A stretch of 64,000 nucleotides of DNA from positions 53,134,001 to 53,198,000 of the forward strand of contig NC_043003.1 of NCBI RefSeq assembly GCF_006345805.1, given 5' to 3'. The position numbers and the translations under genes are program-made. A model generated the notes under the pieces. The model was not told the origin of the DNA. It did no database searches and saw nothing but the letters and a program-made list of their open reading frames with translations. Positions 13,321-24,890 of the stretch are shown piece after piece (the first letter of the stretch is position 1; every line of letters begins with the position of its first letter). Source of the DNA: Octopus sinensis (Eukaryota).

Positions 13321-14088
13321 CCTGTATGTATGTATGTATGTATGTATGTATGTATGCACTATGAATGTATGTGTGTATGTATGTATGTACGCATGTATGT
13401 ATGTATGTATGTATGTATGTATGTATGTATGTATGTATGTTTGTATGTATGTATGCATGTATGTATGTATGTATCCATGTATGTATGTATGTATGTATGT
13501 ATGTATGTATGTATGTATGTATGTATGTATGAATGAATGTATTCATACATGAATATAGGTATGCATTATTGCCTGTATGTACATATATACGACTATATGT
13601 AAGTGTGTATATAAGCTTATATATGGATATCAGCATCATTCAATTGCCCCCTAAAAGTTTATGGACACAGAGGTTCTAAAGGAGATGTCAGGATTCATAG
13701 ATTTTAATTTTATTACTTTATTTTTTACAATGTTGCGAATATTTTCTTTTAGATTTTCGTCTTCTTGCTTTAGCTTGAATGTTTATAAGACAACCATCAT
13801 TATTTGTTTATTAATGTTTGTTTTTGAAACTATTCTGAAAGTACAAATTGTAGCAAATTTTTTTCCGGTTTGTAAAGGATTCTGCAATATATCTATAAAC
13901 ATCTTGGTGGAAGTAATAGTGGAGTTTTCTAAATTGCCGAATGAACCTTCCTCTTTACTAACAGAATACTTGGTTTCAACAATTTACCTTGAAAAGGCAC
14001 ACAGAAATATTTATAAAACAAACGAGATATTGATACAGCATCTTCCTGAAAATAGCGGTGTTTGACATACAAACATACATACATACAT

Positions 14089-14135
<47 letters not shown>

Positions 14136-14141
14136 TATATA

Positions 14142-14203
<62 letters not shown>

Positions 14204-14673
14204 CATTATACATGTATATATATACATATTTTATTTTATTTTATTTTATTTTATTTAGTTTCAGCTCACAAGCTGTGGCCATGCTGGGGCACTGCCATTT
14301 GGTGTTGCTACATGATTTTACTTCACGAATGCTTTTTAGCAAATGCCATCTGATGCATGAGAGAGTTCGATAGGTAGTTCTTCTCAGTTATCTAAAAGAA
14401 TTTTTAATCATTGTTCTACATTAGGGATAGGAATAAACGTAACAGTACAGGGCTTAGTAAATTAATTTGGTATCTAAAAAAACATAATAAATAATTTAAA
14501 TTAGATTGGTTGATTCTCTCAATTTCGTTCCCTTATGATAAAGGCAAGGAATTCTATCTTCTCTGTAATTCTGAACTACTTTTTATTCTTTTTTCTAAAA
14601 GTCCCCTTGTAAACACGGTTATAGAGCGTGCTTACCGATGTAAACATTGACAGAAACACACCTTTAGTTCATA

Positions 14674-15043
14674 CTAGCAGTATCGCCCGGCGTTGCTCAG
14701 GTTTGTAAGGGAAATAACTATAAAGCATTTTTAGAGAGTTATAGCCAAAAAATAGCAAAAAAATGATGGTAAATTTTTTTTTTAGTTAAAAAAGGTTGAG
14801 TTGCGTCCCCTAGACAGTCTGTGGTTTGTTTCTGATTCTCGACCCCATGTCGATTTTATCGATTTTTTTCAGAACTGGGGGAACTTTTCAAAATTTTCGC
14901 TGCGTTAGTTTTGAATTATGACATTGGGCTATGTGTGTGTCAAGTTTCATCAGAATCGGTTGAAAGCCGTGGTCGGGTGAGGGTACAAGCAAACAGACAC
15001 ACAGAAACACGCACAGACAAACTGCCGTTTATATATAGAGAGA
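14674..15043 (-). mobile_element. Non-autonomous Helitron
   Basis: Minus strand starts TCTCTCTATATATAAACGGCAG and ends GAGCAACGCCGGGCGATACTGCTAG (hairpin plus CTAG); inserted between A and T with no TSD. Confidence 0.85.
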
Positions 15044-15767
15044 TACGTGATATTTATCATTATATATAATTTAAACATTTATTTTCTTCTTACATTTCTC
15101 TTTCACTAGATATATCTTTTCCCAAGACTTTAGGGTTTTTATTTAATTTGCATATCGTTCTATACTTCTCATTTATTTGGTTTCTGATTTATCTTTCCTT
15201 TACCCCTCCTCTTTCTATATGCTACCTTTGACGTTATATACTCTAACGTATTTTTTTAAAAACTTAATAGCGTTCAGTTCATCACTTTACATATCCATCA
15301 TATGCTGTTAAAATGTCTTATTGACGAGGTTTATTTCTTCATTTCACACCTTCATTTCTTCATTTCACGCCATTTTATTCATTTCGAATAATGCCAATGA
15401 TATCTTCCAAACATGTGTCTGAAGTAAATGAATTTGAATAACACCTGCGTTTAACTTCATTTATTTATATATATTATACAAAATATTTCACGTAAGCCCG
15501 GAGTTTCTACCTTTAAAAACAAGGTGTTACGCTCTTTTTAGTTGTGTGATTTTTTGTTACTCTGATAACTATTTATCTATTTTTTCTGTGTTAATTGTAA
15601 ACAAGGGAAAACACACACACACACACGTATATATTACATATATATTTATGCACACACACACGCTCACGCACACACACACACATATCTATGTATATATATA
15701 TATATATATAATATATATAGAGAGAGAGAGATATATAAATATATAAATATAAATATATATATTATAT

Positions 15768-15798
<31 letters not shown>

Positions 15799-16265
15799 CA
15801 TTATACATGTATATTATACATATTTTATTTTATTTTATTTTATTTTATTTAGTTTCAGCTCACAAGCTGTGGCCATGCTGGGGCACTGCCATTGGTGTTG
15901 CTACATGATTTTACTTCACGAATGCTTTTTAGCAAATGCCATCTGATGCATGAGAGAGTTCGATAGGTAGTTCTTCTCAGTTATCTAAAAGAATTTTTAA
16001 TCATTGTTCTACATTAGGGATAGGAATAAACGTAACAGTACAGGGCTTAGTAATTAATTTGGTATCTAAAAAAACATAATAAATAATTTAAATTAGATTG
16101 GTTGATTCTCTCAATTTCGTTCCCTTATGATAAAGGCAAGGAATTCTATCTTCTCTGTAATTCTGAACTACTTTTTATTCTTTTTTCTAAAAGTCCCCTT
16201 GTAAACACGGTTATAGAGCGTGCTTACCGATGTAAACATTGACAGAAACACACCTTTAGTTCATA

Positions 16266-16636
16266 CTAGCAGTATCGCCCGGCGTTGCTCAGGTTTGTAA
16301 GGGAAATAACTATAAAGCATTTTTAGAGAGTTATAGCCAAAAAATAGCAAAAAAATGATGGTAAATTTTTTTTTTAGTTAAAAAAGGTTGAGTTGCGTCC
16401 CCTAGACAGTCTGTGGTTTGTTTCTGATTCTCGACCCCATGTCGATTTTATCGATTTTTTTCAGAACTGGGGGAACTTTTCAAAATTTTCGCTGCGTTAG
16501 TTTTGAATTATGACATTGGGCTATGTGTGTGTCAAGTTTCATCAGAATCGGTTGAAAGCCGTGGTCAGGGTGAGGGTACAAGCAAACAGACACACAGAAA
16601 CACGCACAGACAAACTGCCGTTTATATATAGAGAGA
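16266..16636 (-). mobile_element. Non-autonomous Helitron (duplicated copy)
   Basis: Same element within the second unit of the tandem duplication. Confidence 0.85.
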
Positions 16637-17279
16637 TACGTGATATTTATCATTATATATAATTTAAACATTTATTTTCTTCTTACATTTCTCTTTCACT
16701 AGATATATCTTTTCCCAAGACTTTAGGGTTTTTATTTAATTTGCATATCGTTCTATACTTCTCATTTATTTGGTTTCTGATTTATCTTTCCTTTACCCCT
16801 CCTCTTTCTATATGCTACCTTTGACGTTATATACTCTAACGTATTTTTTTAAAAACTTAATAGCGTTCAGTTCATCACTTTACATATCCATCATATGCTG
16901 TTAAAATGTCTTATTGACGAGGTTTATTTCTTCATTTCACACCTTCATTTCTTCATTTCACGCCATTTTATTCATTTCGAATAATGCCAATGATATCTTC
17001 CAAACATGTGTCTGAAGTAAATGAATTTGAATAACACCTGCGTTTAACTTCATTTATTTATATATATTATACAAAATATTTCACGTAAGCCGGAGTTTCT
17101 ACCTTAAAAACAAGGTGTTACGCTCTTTTTAGTTGTGTGATTTTTTGTTACTCTGATAACTATTTATCTATTTTTTCTGTGTTAATTGTAAACAAGGGAA
17201 AACACACACACACACACGTATATATATACATATATATTATGCACACACACACGCTCACGCACACACACACACACATATC

Positions 17280-17323
<44 letters not shown>

Positions 17324-17437
17324 GTGTGTGTGTGTGGATAGATAGATACATACATACATGCATACATACATACATACATACATACATACATACATACATA
17401 CATACATACATACATACATACATGCATACATATATAA

Positions 17438-17820
17438 GCGTAGGCGTGGCTGCGTGGCAAGCAGCTTGCTTTCCAACCACATGGTTCCGTTTTCAGTCCC
17501 ACTGCGTGGCACCTTGGGCGAGTGTATTTTATTATAGCCTAAGGCCAACCAAAGTCTTGTGAATGTATTTGGTAGATGGAAACTGAAAGAAGCCTATCGT
17601 GTGTGTCTATGTTTGTACCCTGCCACCATCGCTTGACAACCAATGTTTGTGTGTTTAAATCCCTGTAACTTAACAGTTCGGCAAAAATGACCGATATAAA
17701 AATACTAGGCTTACTAGGAATAAGTCTTCTGGTCGATTTCTTCGACTAAAATCCCTTTAAGGTGGTGCTCCAGCATGGCAGTAGTCAAATGACTGAAACA
17801 ATTAAAAGAATAAAAGAATA
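17438..17820 (+). mobile_element. SINE family A, older diverged copy
   Basis: Head, CORE-like segment and CAGCATGGC...ATGACTGAAAC tail. Confidence 0.88.
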
Positions 17821-17822
17821 TC

Positions 17823-17874
<52 letters not shown>

Positions 17875-17922
17875 CATATATACATACATACATACGTCCA
17901 TACACGCACACACCATTCACAT

Positions 17923-18130
17923 ATCTATATACATAAATAGCAATTTCTGTTTGTCTGTGGCTCTGTGTTTGTGAATTTGTTACTTTAACTCTTCCGAGAC
18001 AATCCAACCGATCTTGATGAAACTTGACACGTGTGTGGTGGTGGTGGTGGTGGTGGTGGTGGTAGTGGGGTGCTTATGCTCATGTGGAATTTCAACAAAT
18101 CGATAATTTTAATCAGTATCGATTTTTCAA
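17923..18130 (+). mobile_element. Diverged Helitron 5' portion
   Basis: TCTATATACATAAA start and CAACCGATCTTGATGAAACTTGACAC shared with the other Helitrons; 3' end not located. Confidence 0.55.
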
Positions 18131-18544
18131 AAGTCATTCAAAGGACATTTAATTTCAATGCAAATTCTCATATAAATGTTATTTTCTACCATAACTTTTA
18201 AGTTTTCAACAGATTTTCTGGAATTCTATACACAGATGGTATATGCACTAAGGGTGTTTTGAGACAAATAAATTTTTACCAAGGTCTCTCAAGTAAAGCG
18301 TAAGATCAATCCTGATTAACTGATTAACGAAGTTTGGCTTAAATTGTTGTAGGGTTACAATGTTCATCAATTATTTCAGCATTCTCTGGTTGCTGTAACA
18401 TGTACTCTCTTAACATCTGCACTTAAAATTATTGATTCTAAAAGTTGCAGCGTTGTGTGTAACATGTATTTTCTTAACACCTGCACTTAAAATTGTCGGT
18501 CCTAACCCTAGCAATTGATAGTTGATTCTCACGATCACTGGAAC

Positions 18545-19020
18545 TATACCCATGAAACACAGTTATCAAATTAAGTGCATATGCACTTAAAATTTCTTTT
18601 GGGGTTGCAAGAGAATTTGCCCCAGAATGACGAAAATCGTATTTTGTGCTTATTGAGACCACCGTATGCAGAATTAGTTCGTGCTTTCGTGCTCATATAT
18701 GTCAATAAATACTTTCATAATATTTATTTGATCAGACTATGGTTCTTCTGGCTGGTAATCAATTCAAGTGGGCAAGCTATGATAATTAATCCCAAATACG
18801 CACAGTCAGTTGTGACCTTGAAATCGCCGAAATCTGCCCAATTCGTAATATTTCGGCATTTTGCACACTAGCCGTCGTGACATCAATTTGATGAAAATGA
18901 TGCCGACATGAGTTCGCTACCAGACTGGTCATTTTTTCGTCAAATTTGTCCTACCCATTAATATAGACCTCAATTTGATGGAAAATGCCGAAATTCGACG
19001 AAAAATGGTTCATGGGTATA
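18545..19020. mobile_element. Putative MITE
   Basis: TATACCCATGAA / TTCATGGGTATA 12-bp inverted ends plus internal inverted motifs TTTCGGCATTTT / AAAATGCCGAAA. Confidence 0.4.
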
Positions 19021-19114
19021 AACAGACATCTTATTAACGGTAATCTCATTATCATTTGCTAATTCTGCATTTCAATACGAATCGTTTTCATTTCCTAAGA
19101 TTTATTATTTTAAT

Positions 19115-19245
19115 TTACATTATTTACATTTGACGGATATTTGTCCTCATCTTGTTTGTTGTTAACACAACGTTTCGGCTAATATACCCTCCAGCCTTCA
19201 TCAGCCTTCATTAGCCGTTAAATGTAAATAATGTAAATAATGTAC
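19115..19245 (-). mobile_element. Collapsed Penelope-type inverted-repeat remnant with partial hammerhead core
   Basis: Inverted ends TTACATTATTTACATTT / AAATGTAAATAATGTAA; minus strand CTGATGA-A-GGCT...AGCC-GAAACGTT. Confidence 0.65.
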
Positions 19246-20522
19246 ATAATTCCTCACCTCTTAAATATAAAACTGCATTATTATTTTAATTCGTTGATTT
19301 AATTCCCCAGCGTTTCAGGTTTTATATAGGTAAGTGCATTTTATTTCTCAAGCATCTTCTATTCAGTATTTCATGCATAAACATAGATATACTGACAATC
19401 AAACTACATTTATACAAACTACTACCTATATATAAGTTTTAACTTATCAGTATACCCACCTCTTAACTTGCGAATACTTTTGGAGTTCAGATTTGCGTTA
19501 AGTTACTACATGAACCTTAGCTTTTATAGAAGGTTCAAGATCTTATATCAGTCTTTTAAGACAGGGTATGTTCTCATGTGGGCCCCAACTTACTTAAGAA
19601 AGTCATGACTTGTTATCCACCATATCACTCATGTGCAAAAGGAATTTTAGTCCTCTGATTGGATAATCCGTGCTATTTTGTCAAAACACGAAGCATATGT
19701 GGTTTTAACACACCAACTTCATATATTTGTGTCCACACAATGTTCTTGAATCATAAAATAACTTTTTTTTCAAATAAACAGTTTATCTTGCTGAGGCTTA
19801 CGGATGTTGCCCTTCTAGATTCTAACATTGTCAGTCTGTATCTATGACAGCTTTGCCTTTTTGAATTATGTTTGCCTTATCCTTCTACCATATTAGCTTT
19901 GAAGTGAAAATACGTGATGCCACGAAGAACGCGAGTAAAACTGGGTTCTGTAGATTCACGAGCAGCGTTAATGCGACTTAGGCGATCACGGGTAAGTTTC
20001 CTAATCATTTAACAATTCCACTGTCATGAACAAGCATTGTTAAACGTTCCATGTTGCCTCCCCAATTATTATACATTTTATGTGACCTTCACGTCTGTTA
20101 GTCTACAAAATTATGTCAACATGCAGAATGACTAATCACAGATACCTTGATTTCATTGGATGATATTTGAGCAAGTTTCTATACCTTTCACACATTGGAC
20201 ATATACATAGATGCCTTCAAAACATCTCACACACCGCACATGTGCACTCGGGTATGCAAACGTGTCCACTGTTCAACTACCAGTCAATGAAATCAAGGCA
20301 TCTCTGGATTATATATATGCAGCTTTCCACTCATCTGACCAGACCATTATCATTTTCCGATTCCACACGTATTTATTTGTATTATTGTTTGGTGAATGAA
20401 TTTGCTTACGCCTTCTATTATCTATCCTATGTCTTGATTTCATTTTTCGTCTGAGAGACATTATGCATTGTAAGGGTACTGGGAATATCACCGCTCCCGG
20501 GTATTGCCGAGTACCTCAGTTA

Positions 20523-20564
<42 letters not shown>

Positions 20565-20691
20565 GCTTAGGTAGGACAACACTAATCACCCGGTGTTAGA
20601 ATTAAATATACATATGCTTCAGAATTAAGTGTTAGTCAATTACGAAAAATAAAATGAGAAGGGAACAGGAAATTATGTAATGAACTTCATT

Positions 20692-20771
20692 ATCTCACTG
20701 CTGTTTCTGCTATAAGATGCAGTGCACTCGAAGCTGAGTGTTTTTTTATCACCTCATAGCTTCCTCGGAGC
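20692..20771 (-). ncRNA. Degenerate type I hammerhead ribozyme motif
   Basis: CCGAGGA-A-GCTATGAGGTG...CATCTTATAGC-A-GAAACAGCAGTG; long stem II, but GUG triplet and weak stem I. Confidence 0.5.
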
Positions 20772-20899
20772 TTTTAAAATGAAATGTAACTTAATTTGGG
20801 GAAGGCATTTATATAAGTAGAAAAGTTTACCGTCGACAAATGAAAAAAAAAATACATAAGAGATGATATATACAGTTCGAAGATTAAGAGCTATACCCA

Positions 20900-21270
20900 G
20901 CCTCCGTGATCATTTTCTTCCCGACACATAACCTTCTATCGCACCAAACTTCAATCCACTGGACATTACGTATGGGGCGTAGTCGGGAGAGAGAGGTCAA
21001 TCAACACCGTCATAACATTATACAATCTGTCAAGTCCGCCATAATCAGCACTATATCTAAAAATCATAAAGATTAACTGATTCGGAAATGCCAACGCTTC
21101 CGACCCTATATTGAAGCAGTCATTGATGCTAACAGTGGATTCATTGAATTGGAGTGATAGAAGAATTTGCAAGATTATTTGTACTAACTTGTTTTCAAAT
21201 ACATCTTTTCTTTGATGAGATATGCGTCTTTGTCTAAATTCATACCTAAAAATATCTGACGCAGCCTGTA
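20900..21270 (+). mobile_element. maT/DD37D transposon 3' remnant
   Basis: APNFNPLD / YVWGVV / REVNQHRHN motifs and terminal CTGACGCAGCCTG-TA. Confidence 0.7.
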
Positions 21271-21810
21271 TATACATACGCGTGTGTATGAATGTATGCA
21301 TGTATGCATGCATGTATGTATGCATGTACGTATGTATGTATGTATGTATGTATGTATGTATGTATGTATGTATGTATGTGTGTATGTGTGTATGTACGTA
21401 TGTATGTATGTATTGTTACAGCTGTTATATGTAAAGCTGTCGACAGATTATGGTCTGTGTATCAATCAAGTATTTCTACCGTTGTTTGCCGTGATTGAAG
21501 TAGCTATGCATGCTATATGTTGAAGAGTGCTAGAGATATGCGACAAACAGTTTTGACTTAAATTGATTCTCGCCGTGCAGACATTGTTTATTCACTTGAT
21601 ATTTTTCCCGTTAACATATCATACAAATAAATTATGAAACTTTCAGCGTAACTTATCCATTTATTTTCCATTACTTTATTTCAACTCTGAACTACTTTTA
21701 ATCGTTTGTATAAGTCCTCGTCTGAGTATATTTGTGTAGTATATAGAAAACAAATTTTGTCTAGTAGAAGTTTACATTACTATTTTTATGTAATTTGCAA
21801 ATTGTATAAA

Positions 21811-21891
21811 ATAAGTAAAGGAATTACATTTTACAGAATAAGCAAAGGGATTACATTTTACAGAATAAGTGAAGGGGTTTCACTTTACAGC
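21811..21891. repeat. 27-bp minisatellite, 3 diverged units
   Basis: ATAAG(T/C)AAAGG(A/G)ATTACATTTTACAGA repeated. Confidence 0.85.
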
Positions 21892-21965
21892 AGGTGTGAA
21901 TAATTTAAAGAAAAGACCTTGATAATAAATCCACAAGAATTTGGAATTTCCCACCCACGTAATTC

Positions 21966-22184
21966 TACGAGGGCTTGCTGAAAAGTTCATGGCTTTGGGT
22001 AAACGGAAATGCTGGTGGAAAAGTTGTTTATGGTTTTATTCAACATATTCCCCTCTCAGATTCACACGCTTATTCCGGCAGTCTTTCAGTTTTCTAAGCT
22101 TTGTGAAAGACCTCGGAATGTTGGCCCTCCAATCAAGCAAATCCCGACACCTTTAAAGTAAGGAACTTTTCAGCACCCCCTCCT
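21966..22184. mobile_element. Mariner-derived MITE, second copy
   Basis: TACGAGGGCTTGCTGAAAAGTTC...GGAACTTTTCAGCACCCCCTC; colinear with the 6387 copy. Confidence 0.8.
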
Positions 22185-22226
22185 TTTAATGCAGCGCAAG
22201 GACAATGCAATTTTATTTTTGTCTTA

Positions 22227-22634
22227 TCTCTATATATATAAACGGCAGTTTGTCTGTCTGTGTGTCTGTGTGGCTGTCAGGTTGTACCCTCACCCTGACC
22301 ACGGCTTTCAACCGATTCTGATGAAACTTGACACACACATAGCCCAATGTCATAATTCAAAACTAACGCAGCGAAAATTTTGAAAAGTTCCCCCAGTTCT
22401 GAAAAAAATCGATAAATTCGACATGGGGTCGAGAATCTAAGCTTTTTATATGCAACACATTTTCTTTCGGGAGACAGCTAGGAACATCGTATACATAAAA
22501 GTATTCGAGTGAAGAGAAGACATTGCAACCTACACATGCGCCTTCGTTCCCTGGAGGGAAAGAACTAGATTGGGATTAGTCGTTGCCTACTAGGGGCTCT
22601 TACATACTCGGGCAATGCCGGGCTATGCTGCTAG
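22227..22634 (+). mobile_element. Non-autonomous Helitron with alternative 3' half
   Basis: A|TC start, first ~210 bp match the 14674 element, ends CTCGGGCAATGCCGGGCTATGCTGCTAG|T. Confidence 0.85.
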
Positions 22635-24289
22635 TATTTAATAAAAGAGAATATTTTGTTTTTATCAATAGAACTTTTCATTGTATAATTTTGTTACCAT
22701 ACACTGACGCCTTTCGACAAAATTCTGAAATGATTACAATAGAAATAATTATAAAAATCGCATTAAAAAGATAAATCTTAAACTATATATTGAGTTGCCA
22801 GACAAATTTGTTTGTTTTTCACTCCATTTATTTTAATCCTTTCCAATGTTATTTGAATATGTTTGAAGTTGTGTTTCGTGAGTTTTGTAACTCTATTATT
22901 TCTCCTCAACTTTTGCTTAAATATTTTGAAATTTGAATAAATTTTATCTCTTTTCAGGCATATGATGATGGAATGCAAAGTAGCAAAAAACACATGGAAT
23001 AGTCGCGCCTTAATTTGTTTGTTAATTCGAATGAACTTGACAGTTTAGGAATTTGTTGCAGATGCAATCAGTTTAGAAATAGAAAAAATTTTTTTTTAAG
23101 AATGTAACTTATATTGATAAATCTAATTCATAACTTTTTACAGCTGAGCAGTTAAAGTATTCCAAGTCATTTCTTTTCAACAGAATAAAAAATATTCTCA
23201 CAAAAAATACATAAACTTTATACAAGGTGCATGATTTTGAGTAACATACATTAAGGTCGAATAGGGGTTACTGCATCTGTGCAAAGAATTCAAGGCTATC
23301 CAAAACAAACAATTCTAAGCTTCTGTGAGATTCAGTGATATTGATGTTGACTATAAAGTACCAGTGAAAATCGATTTGACAGTGGTTTGTACTGAGCCTC
23401 TTTTCATATTTGGTTTATTTCTTTTTAAAGCGATATTTGCACACTGATCAAAGAGAATAGAAACATGTAGGGGTCTAAAACATTTTTGTGGTTGATTCCT
23501 CAGAAATATGATCACACCTATAGGTTCTCAAGCATTCTCGGTTCATCCAAGGAGCAATCTCTCTGAACTAAAGCACAGAAAATCCTGTGTAAGTCGCAAG
23601 CAAATCTAAGATGATGCCAACTAACCAAAATTTACGAAGTTGTAATATACATGACATAGAAATAACACGACATAGACATGGCATATTCATGCTTATTAAC
23701 ATAACCTACTTTTTGGTTGAAGCTAAATTTTACTGTTTAACCCTCTGCAGTTGGGAATTAATGGAAATAAAATGAAAACAGTGTAGTAACTCTATTTGAG
23801 AAATTGTTCTTATTGCTTATTTAAAAATGAAGCACCTCTGTCGGAAAAGCATTTCCCTGTAATATTGGATTAGCTTGCTTGTGGCCAACAACCGCTGTAG
23901 GCGAGGCCTTTCCTTTCAAATTTCAGGTTAACCAATTCTACTATTAGTCCTGTTGTACGTTCAAAATTGGTTCAAATATTCATGGCAGCTGCTCAGTTAA
24001 CTATATTATTGATAACTTTTTAGTGTTAGGCAGCCAAACAGTTGTTATATTCAATATTAGTACTACAGCTTACCATATTTTGTTTCTTAGTGACGATTAA
24101 TTCTTATGATGTTTAATTTCATTTTAAGCTCATACCTAATTTTGTAAAAAAATTGCATAGAAATTGTATATGCGATTAAGAAAGAAGGTGGAGAACACAT
24201 AATAGAATTAAAAACAAGGAATAAAATGTACATGGGCAACAAGTATGTACTTATGTGTGTGTGATTCTCATACACTCTAAGGCACATAA

Positions 24290-24890
24290 ATTGCTCTTGC
24301 CACCTCTTTTGCTTCGCCAGTATCTTCTTACCTCACACTCGGACTCGCTCTCACTTCCTCACATACACGCATTCATACCGATCACCAAACGATTACACAC
24401 GCGCACGCAAAACAACACCTCACATCCTCACTAATCTACGACACTACATTTCTACACTTACACACCTCTCTACTTATAGGTACTTTACACTGAACCACAC
24501 ACACACACGCCACCCTTCCTTAAGCCCGCTTCCAGATACAAATGCATTCATATACTTGTTTATACTCACCCGCTTTTCCTTTCCCTTCTTAACTCCACCT
24601 CATAGAACAGCATGTCTATATAATTTCTAACACTTCACTCGTCTCTTTTTAGTATCACCCCCACATCTCTCTCTCACCGATTGTTTTTTCTTTCTCACTC
24701 TCTTTATGAGAGAACCTGATCAAGAACCAACGTCCAAAACATTAAGGCACTTTGTTTTTCTTTCTCACTCTCTTTATGAGAGAACCTGATCAAGAACCAA
24801 CGTCCAAAACATTAAGGCACTTTGTTTTTCTTTCTATTAAAACGTTAAACCAATTAACTTATTCGTTCAACCCTATCCTTCCTGCATTGT
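24290..24890 (+). mobile_element. Penelope-like 3' remnant with a 70-bp tandem duplication carrying a decayed hammerhead
   Basis: C/A/T-rich tract like those after the GIY-YIG remnants; 24681-24820 duplicated; CCTGATCAAGAACCAACGTCCAAAAC resembles CTGATGA-A-GGAC..GTCC-GAAAC with 3 substitutions. Confidence 0.5.

Larger units (their letters stand above)
14120..17290. repeat. Near-identical tandem duplication, unit ~1.59 kb
   Basis: 14229-15620 recurs at 15823-17210, differing mainly by single-base indels; junctions lie in TA/CA microsatellites. Confidence 0.95.

Noticed and set aside
13661-14065. 134-aa ORF with hydrophobic stretches
   Set aside because: No recognisable domain; composition fits the antisense of an A-rich repeat-derived sequence
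23431-23588. Possible host exon (TTTTTAAAG acceptor, GTAAGT donor, ATG-initiated MITPIGSQAFSVHPR...)
   Set aside because: No recognisable homology and no linkable downstream exon; such splice-like motifs are common in AT-rich DNA; needs RNA-seq
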